NCBI GenBank assembly: GCA_964234715.1
Contig: OZ174276.1
Source: Podarcis melisellensis
Lineage: Eukaryota
DNA length: 64,000 bases
Reading direction: 5' to 3' (one strand)
This document shows positions 59,691 through 64,000 of this stretch, one piece after another. The first letter of the stretch is position 1, and every line of letters begins with the position of its first letter. The position numbers and the translations under genes were made by a program. Below the pieces are notes generated by a model. It had not been told where the DNA came from. It did no database searches and was given only the letters and a program-made list of their open reading frames with translations.

Positions 59691-60724
59691 GTAAAAGTAA
59701 TTATATAAAAATATTCACAGTCTAAGTGGATAAAAGTTAGCATCACTCAAGCTGAGCCAAAGACAAAACATCCACACTGCCAAAGTGATGACAGATGCCT
59801 TAGTCACCTATTTGTAGGCTTTCAAAGATGCATAAATTAGCATGTCCAGAAGAAGTCTGGAGAAATCCTTTAAAATCCTCACTGTATACACATACCAACT
59901 ATTCAGAATTGAAGGTCTGTATTTTAAATGTGTTTTTTCTATAGAGAAAAGAATTGGTCTCAGTGGACAGATTTAAATATAATTCAGAGGTACTATACTG
60001 TAGAAGCCTTTCAGCATATCCACCACATTTAACATCCAATACTACACTGGAAAACTTGTATAACTGAATGTTTTAATTTCCAAATAATGTAGTCATGTAA
60101 ATATTTTAATTAGATTACTATTTCTGCCATAAAATTATGACCATTCATATCAACTTTACAATGAAATTCTAAACATGCTAGACTGCAAGTTCCCCTCAGT
60201 TATACAGCCTTCATTATGTACATGTATAGATTTTGGATTAGTTACTAATGAGCTAACTATAATATATTTAGGGTTCAGAGGCATTTATCTTTCCAAATCA
60301 GAATGGAAGATTCCACAGCTGCTCTAACCCTGTATAAATAGAACTCTGTTCAACGGACACTTCCACTTAGGTGGGAATGGGGAGAGGTAATTTTCACTGG
60401 TTCCTCCTTTCCGCAGGAGTGGAAGAATGAGAGAGCAGAACAGCATGGGAGGTGGAATGGTGGGGAGATGGGGGGCTGCAGAAGAAATGAGATAAAATTG
60501 CCTTCCTTCACTTCACCCTGCATAACCCTCTGCTGAATCTTAGTCCCAAGTCTGGATCCCCCTCATGATATTTATAAGGTGTGAAAGGGCCCTTGTTAGC
60601 AATAGCAATAAGGAGATGAGTGGGTCAACTTCATTGTAAATGCTACATGGAATGGCCTTTGCTGATTTGGAAAAGATCTACTTTTCATTAAAGACTAAAG
60701 AAAGTTAAATATTACTGTTTAGCA

Positions 60725-60858
60725 CAGGGTAGCCAAAATGGTGCCCTCTGGATGTTGTGGACTACAACTCCCATCAGCACCAGCCAACATAACCAATGGT
60801 CAGGCATGGTGGGAGTTGTAGTCCACAACATCTGGAGAGGACCATGTTGGCTGCCCTG
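60725..60858. mobile_element. Palindromic hAT-type MITE
   Basis: cagggtagccaa...ttggctgccctg termini; gatgttgtggactacaactccca / tgggagttgtagtccacaacatc arms. Confidence 0.75.
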
Positions 60859-61242
60859 GATCTGGATCACTTCCACCATAACCTCTTTCTGATGCCAGTA
60901 ACAGATGGAAATGAAAAGTTAAGACACCACAGGCATTACGTCACCAACACCAGTAATTGCTTACCGTGGCATTCCTGGTGAGAGACCAAATAAAGTATAA
61001 ATCAATCTACTCTGTACTACCTCCAACTAATATGGTTCCAGAATGCCCCAGATTTCTCTCTTATATGTAAAACTGAGGAATAACCTAATCAGCAAAAACT
61101 CTTAAAAACAAGCACCACAAAATTCACTCTCTTCATTCTGGCAAATTTTAACACCGACTACATTGAACTTTTAGTTTATTAATCTACCAGTTCTATAGGC
61201 TATTAGTGCAAAACATATTCCCAGATTATTATAGCTATTTGA

Positions 61243-62040
61243 TTATTCCAGTTGATTACTGCCTAGTTGCCATTTGTGTTCCATTGCTTTAGTCTTGGCA
61301 TAATTCACACATAACTGTTCCTTATTGCATACTTCCCCAAATGATTTCAACAATATCCTCATGCCAGTTAGGGTCTGGGATAACAGAACCACATTGTCTG
61401 TGAATAGCAATACATTTAGTTTCCATGTGCCAACAACTGCTAAAAAGTTTGATTTATCAGCTAGTTGATCAATGATGCCATTCACATATACGCTGAGCAA
61501 AAAGGGGGCTAGTAAACTGTTTTGTCTTACCCCTCTGGTTGAACCAATTTCCTCTGACAACTGGCATTCTCTGTCTACTCTAATATGAACTTTGGTGCCT
61601 GTGTAAAAGTTATTAGAATCAACAGGTGTCTTGTACACCCTAACTCTACATAGTTTTTCCATAAAATTTATCCTGCCAAAGACTGAGATCAGGTCAACAA
61701 AAGCAGCATGTATATTTCCGAGGGCCACCTGCATCTCTCTCTCAAATGATTTAGAACAAAGTACTGATCTATGACTGACTTCCCATGCCAGAAGCCTGCT
61801 TATTCATCCCCAATATTATTATCTGCCCAATCTTCAGCCTTGTCCAATAGATAGTGTGTGTATAATTTGGAGGAAACATCCAAAAGGCTCACTGGATGGT
61901 AACTGACTGGGAGAAGTTTGCCCCCTTTCTTAAAACTTGGGACCACAATATTTTGTTTCCATTCCTTTGAGCAATCTACCAATGCAGTTAACATATGTAA
62001 GGGGTTTTGCTAATACAAGGACCCACCAGTTTGAATTATC
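61243..62040 (-). mobile_element. Decayed non-LTR retrotransposon reverse transcriptase (RTE/RTE-X/Rex-like)
   Basis: IVVPSFKKG...YHPVSLL, AFVDL, GVRQNSLLAPFLLSVYVN, LLFTDN (decayed YADD), VNYAKTK, split across frames by frameshifts and stops. Confidence 0.8.
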
Positions 62041-62264
62041 CAGAAACATCTATGGCAAGAGCATACCTTCCCCAGAGGTTTTGTGTCTACACAGGTAAGA
62101 TATTTATATTTTTAAAATATATTTATAGAGCACTATTCTATAAAAAAATCAGAACATAAAACCATACAGTAGAAACATATTAAAAAGTTAAAAATAGACT
62201 AGTCAGAGACACCACACTAAGTTATGTCTACCCTTGACTAATAAAACTTGATATTTGGTAAGTA

Positions 62265-62510
62265 CAGTCATACCTCAGAATAAATACGCTTCAGGATAAG
62301 TATTTTCGGGTTGCGCTCCACGGCGACCCGGAAGTAACGGAGCACATTACTTCCAGGTTTCACCGTTCACGCATGTGCAGACGGTCAAAATGACATCACG
62401 CGCATGTGCAGAAGTGGCGAAACGCAACCCACGCAGATGCGTCTTACGTTCTGTTCAGGATGCGAACAGGGCTCCAGAACGGATCCCGTTCACATCCCGA
62501 GGTACCACTG
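62265..62510. mobile_element. Tc1/mariner-type MITE
   Basis: TA + CAGTcaTACCTC...GAGGTACCACTG + TA. Confidence 0.8.
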
Positions 62511-62629
62511 TATACCACTTTTCAGCAACTAAATATTTAACATTTATTTTCAAGTAACGCTCTTGAAATCTTAACTATTTAAAACAACCAACATAGCCAG
62601 AAAGCTTTTGCTCTCTCATTCCTGACTCT

Positions 62630-62995
62630 TCTCCTTCTGCTTTGGTGATCACTTATAGCAGAGTAAAATTGTCTTCTATGAACACGGTCTTAACAGTGAG
62701 TCCAGGCCAATTCTGAATCCACACGTCCTTCCACAGTGGGGACATATTTTTCCGGGAGGGAGCTGATCACAGTGAGGGTTTGCCAAACATGCCTTCCTCT
62801 TAGCTCATTTCTTCCTGAGTTCGTACTTCTTCAATGTCCATGACACCTTTGGTAAAAGCTGTTCTCCAACTGGAGTGCTCACAGATCGGTGTTTCCAAGC
62901 TATCAGTGCTTATGTTACTTTTTTCAAGATTTGCCTTGAGAGTGTCTTTAAACCTCTTTTGTTGTCCACCGGTATTTTGCTTTCCATTCCTGACT
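62630..62995 (-). mobile_element. RTE-clade LINE 3' fragment
   Basis: GGQQKRFKDTLKANL...SSWR followed by a CPHCGRTC...GLxSH zinc-finger-like C-terminus. Confidence 0.75.
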
Positions 62996-63543
62996 AGAGC
63001 AATGCCTGCACCCATTGTGGAAATAAGTATTCTTACATCATGTCTAAAATAATCATGTCAGACAGACCTTGGATAATTTCCTTGCATAATGCTGAGCTCA
63101 ATATGCCAATAGACAGCGAAAGTTTAACATTAATATGTGAAGATATGGTAACCTAATGACTAACCAACCTCTCTGAAAGAAACATCAATATATTATGACT
63201 AATCAACCTCTCTGTTTCAGCAAGAGTAATTTCAACTTGGTTTTTATTTTTGACATGCTTAACATAACACACACATTCCATTCAGAATACCAAGTAGCAA
63301 AATTTACAAAAGGATAAAATCATATTCTGCCCAATCTGGTTACACTACTTAATTCTTTCTACTCGGTACACACCTAAAAGGTTTGCCTAAAATAGCCTTT
63401 CAAATTATGCCCAGCAGCAGAAGACAGAATAACTCCGTCTTTTGCCCAGATTTCAAGGGACCCATAGCAGTATTAAGAGATGTACAGGGTGTTTTAAAAT
63501 CCACTTTCTTTGTTCTTGACTCAACTTATCATCATTCACAATA

Positions 63544-63772
63544 CAGTCATACCTTATTTTGTAACCAGGGTCTATTCCGGAGCCACGGCCGCTAGCCAAA
63601 AAGGACGCAGGGCAAAGCGCTGCGTCTGCATATGCGCGAAGGGCGATTTAGCACTTCTGGGCATGCACGAGTGGCAAACCCAGAAGTAACCCGTTCCGGT
63701 ACTTCCAGGTTTGCCAAGGACATTCGCCGGAATGGACGCTAGACAAGGCGGACATTCGTGGAGGTATTACTG
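63544..63772. mobile_element. Tc1/mariner-type MITE (degenerate)
   Basis: TA + CAGTcATACCT...AGGTATtACTG + TA; shares the gaagtaac...acttcc core with other copies. Confidence 0.7.
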
Positions 63773-64000
63773 TATCAGTAAAGAAAAATAATCCTTTTTT
63801 CATTTAGTTATTTACTGATTGATTGATTAATTGATTGTTAAAAGTATACCTACTTTTGGTCCACCCTGTATAATGCATTTCCATTTCTCAGCACACTGGT
63901 ACACACCTAGCCAATGAAGACTGTTTTTGGTGAGGCTTCCCAGGATTCAACCTTCTCTCTGAACATGCAAACTCCAGAGCAAACAGGTCAGATTGGAAGC

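Noticed and set aside
50912-64000. RAF1 first exon and promoter
   Set aside because: No CpG island here (the CpG-rich patches are MITEs); exon 1 is probably beyond the window.

Overview
Vertebrate genomic DNA from a squamate reptile, most likely a lacertid lizard judging by the repeat families; there are no prokaryotic features. The window holds the conserved syntenic block TSEN2(+, last exon only) - MKRN2OS(-, 4 coding exons, 217 aa) - CpG island - MKRN2(+, 8 coding exons, 420 aa) - RAF1(-, 16 constitutive coding exons, 646 aa). RAF1 also has a 60-nt in-frame cassette exon (7a) and a U12-type intron; its non-coding exon 1 and promoter appear to lie beyond base 64000. I traced all exons by hand; they have GT-AG boundaries and continuous reading phase. 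Introns and intergenic DNA carry BovB/RTE, L2, CR1 and L1-like fragments, tRNA-derived SINEs, and many TA-flanked (Tc1/mariner-type) and 8-bp-TSD (hAT-type) MITEs. The most interesting leads are: (1) MKRN2OS has a DeSI/PPPDE-like His-Cys dyad pattern and sits head-to-head with the E3 ligase MKRN2, a possible co-regulated ligase/isopeptidase pair (inference); (2) the RAF1 cassette exon; (3) interleaved poly(A) signals on both strands at the RAF1 3' end; (4) a uORF whose stop overlaps the MKRN2 start codon. Comparisons with human or chicken proteins are from recall, not from a search.
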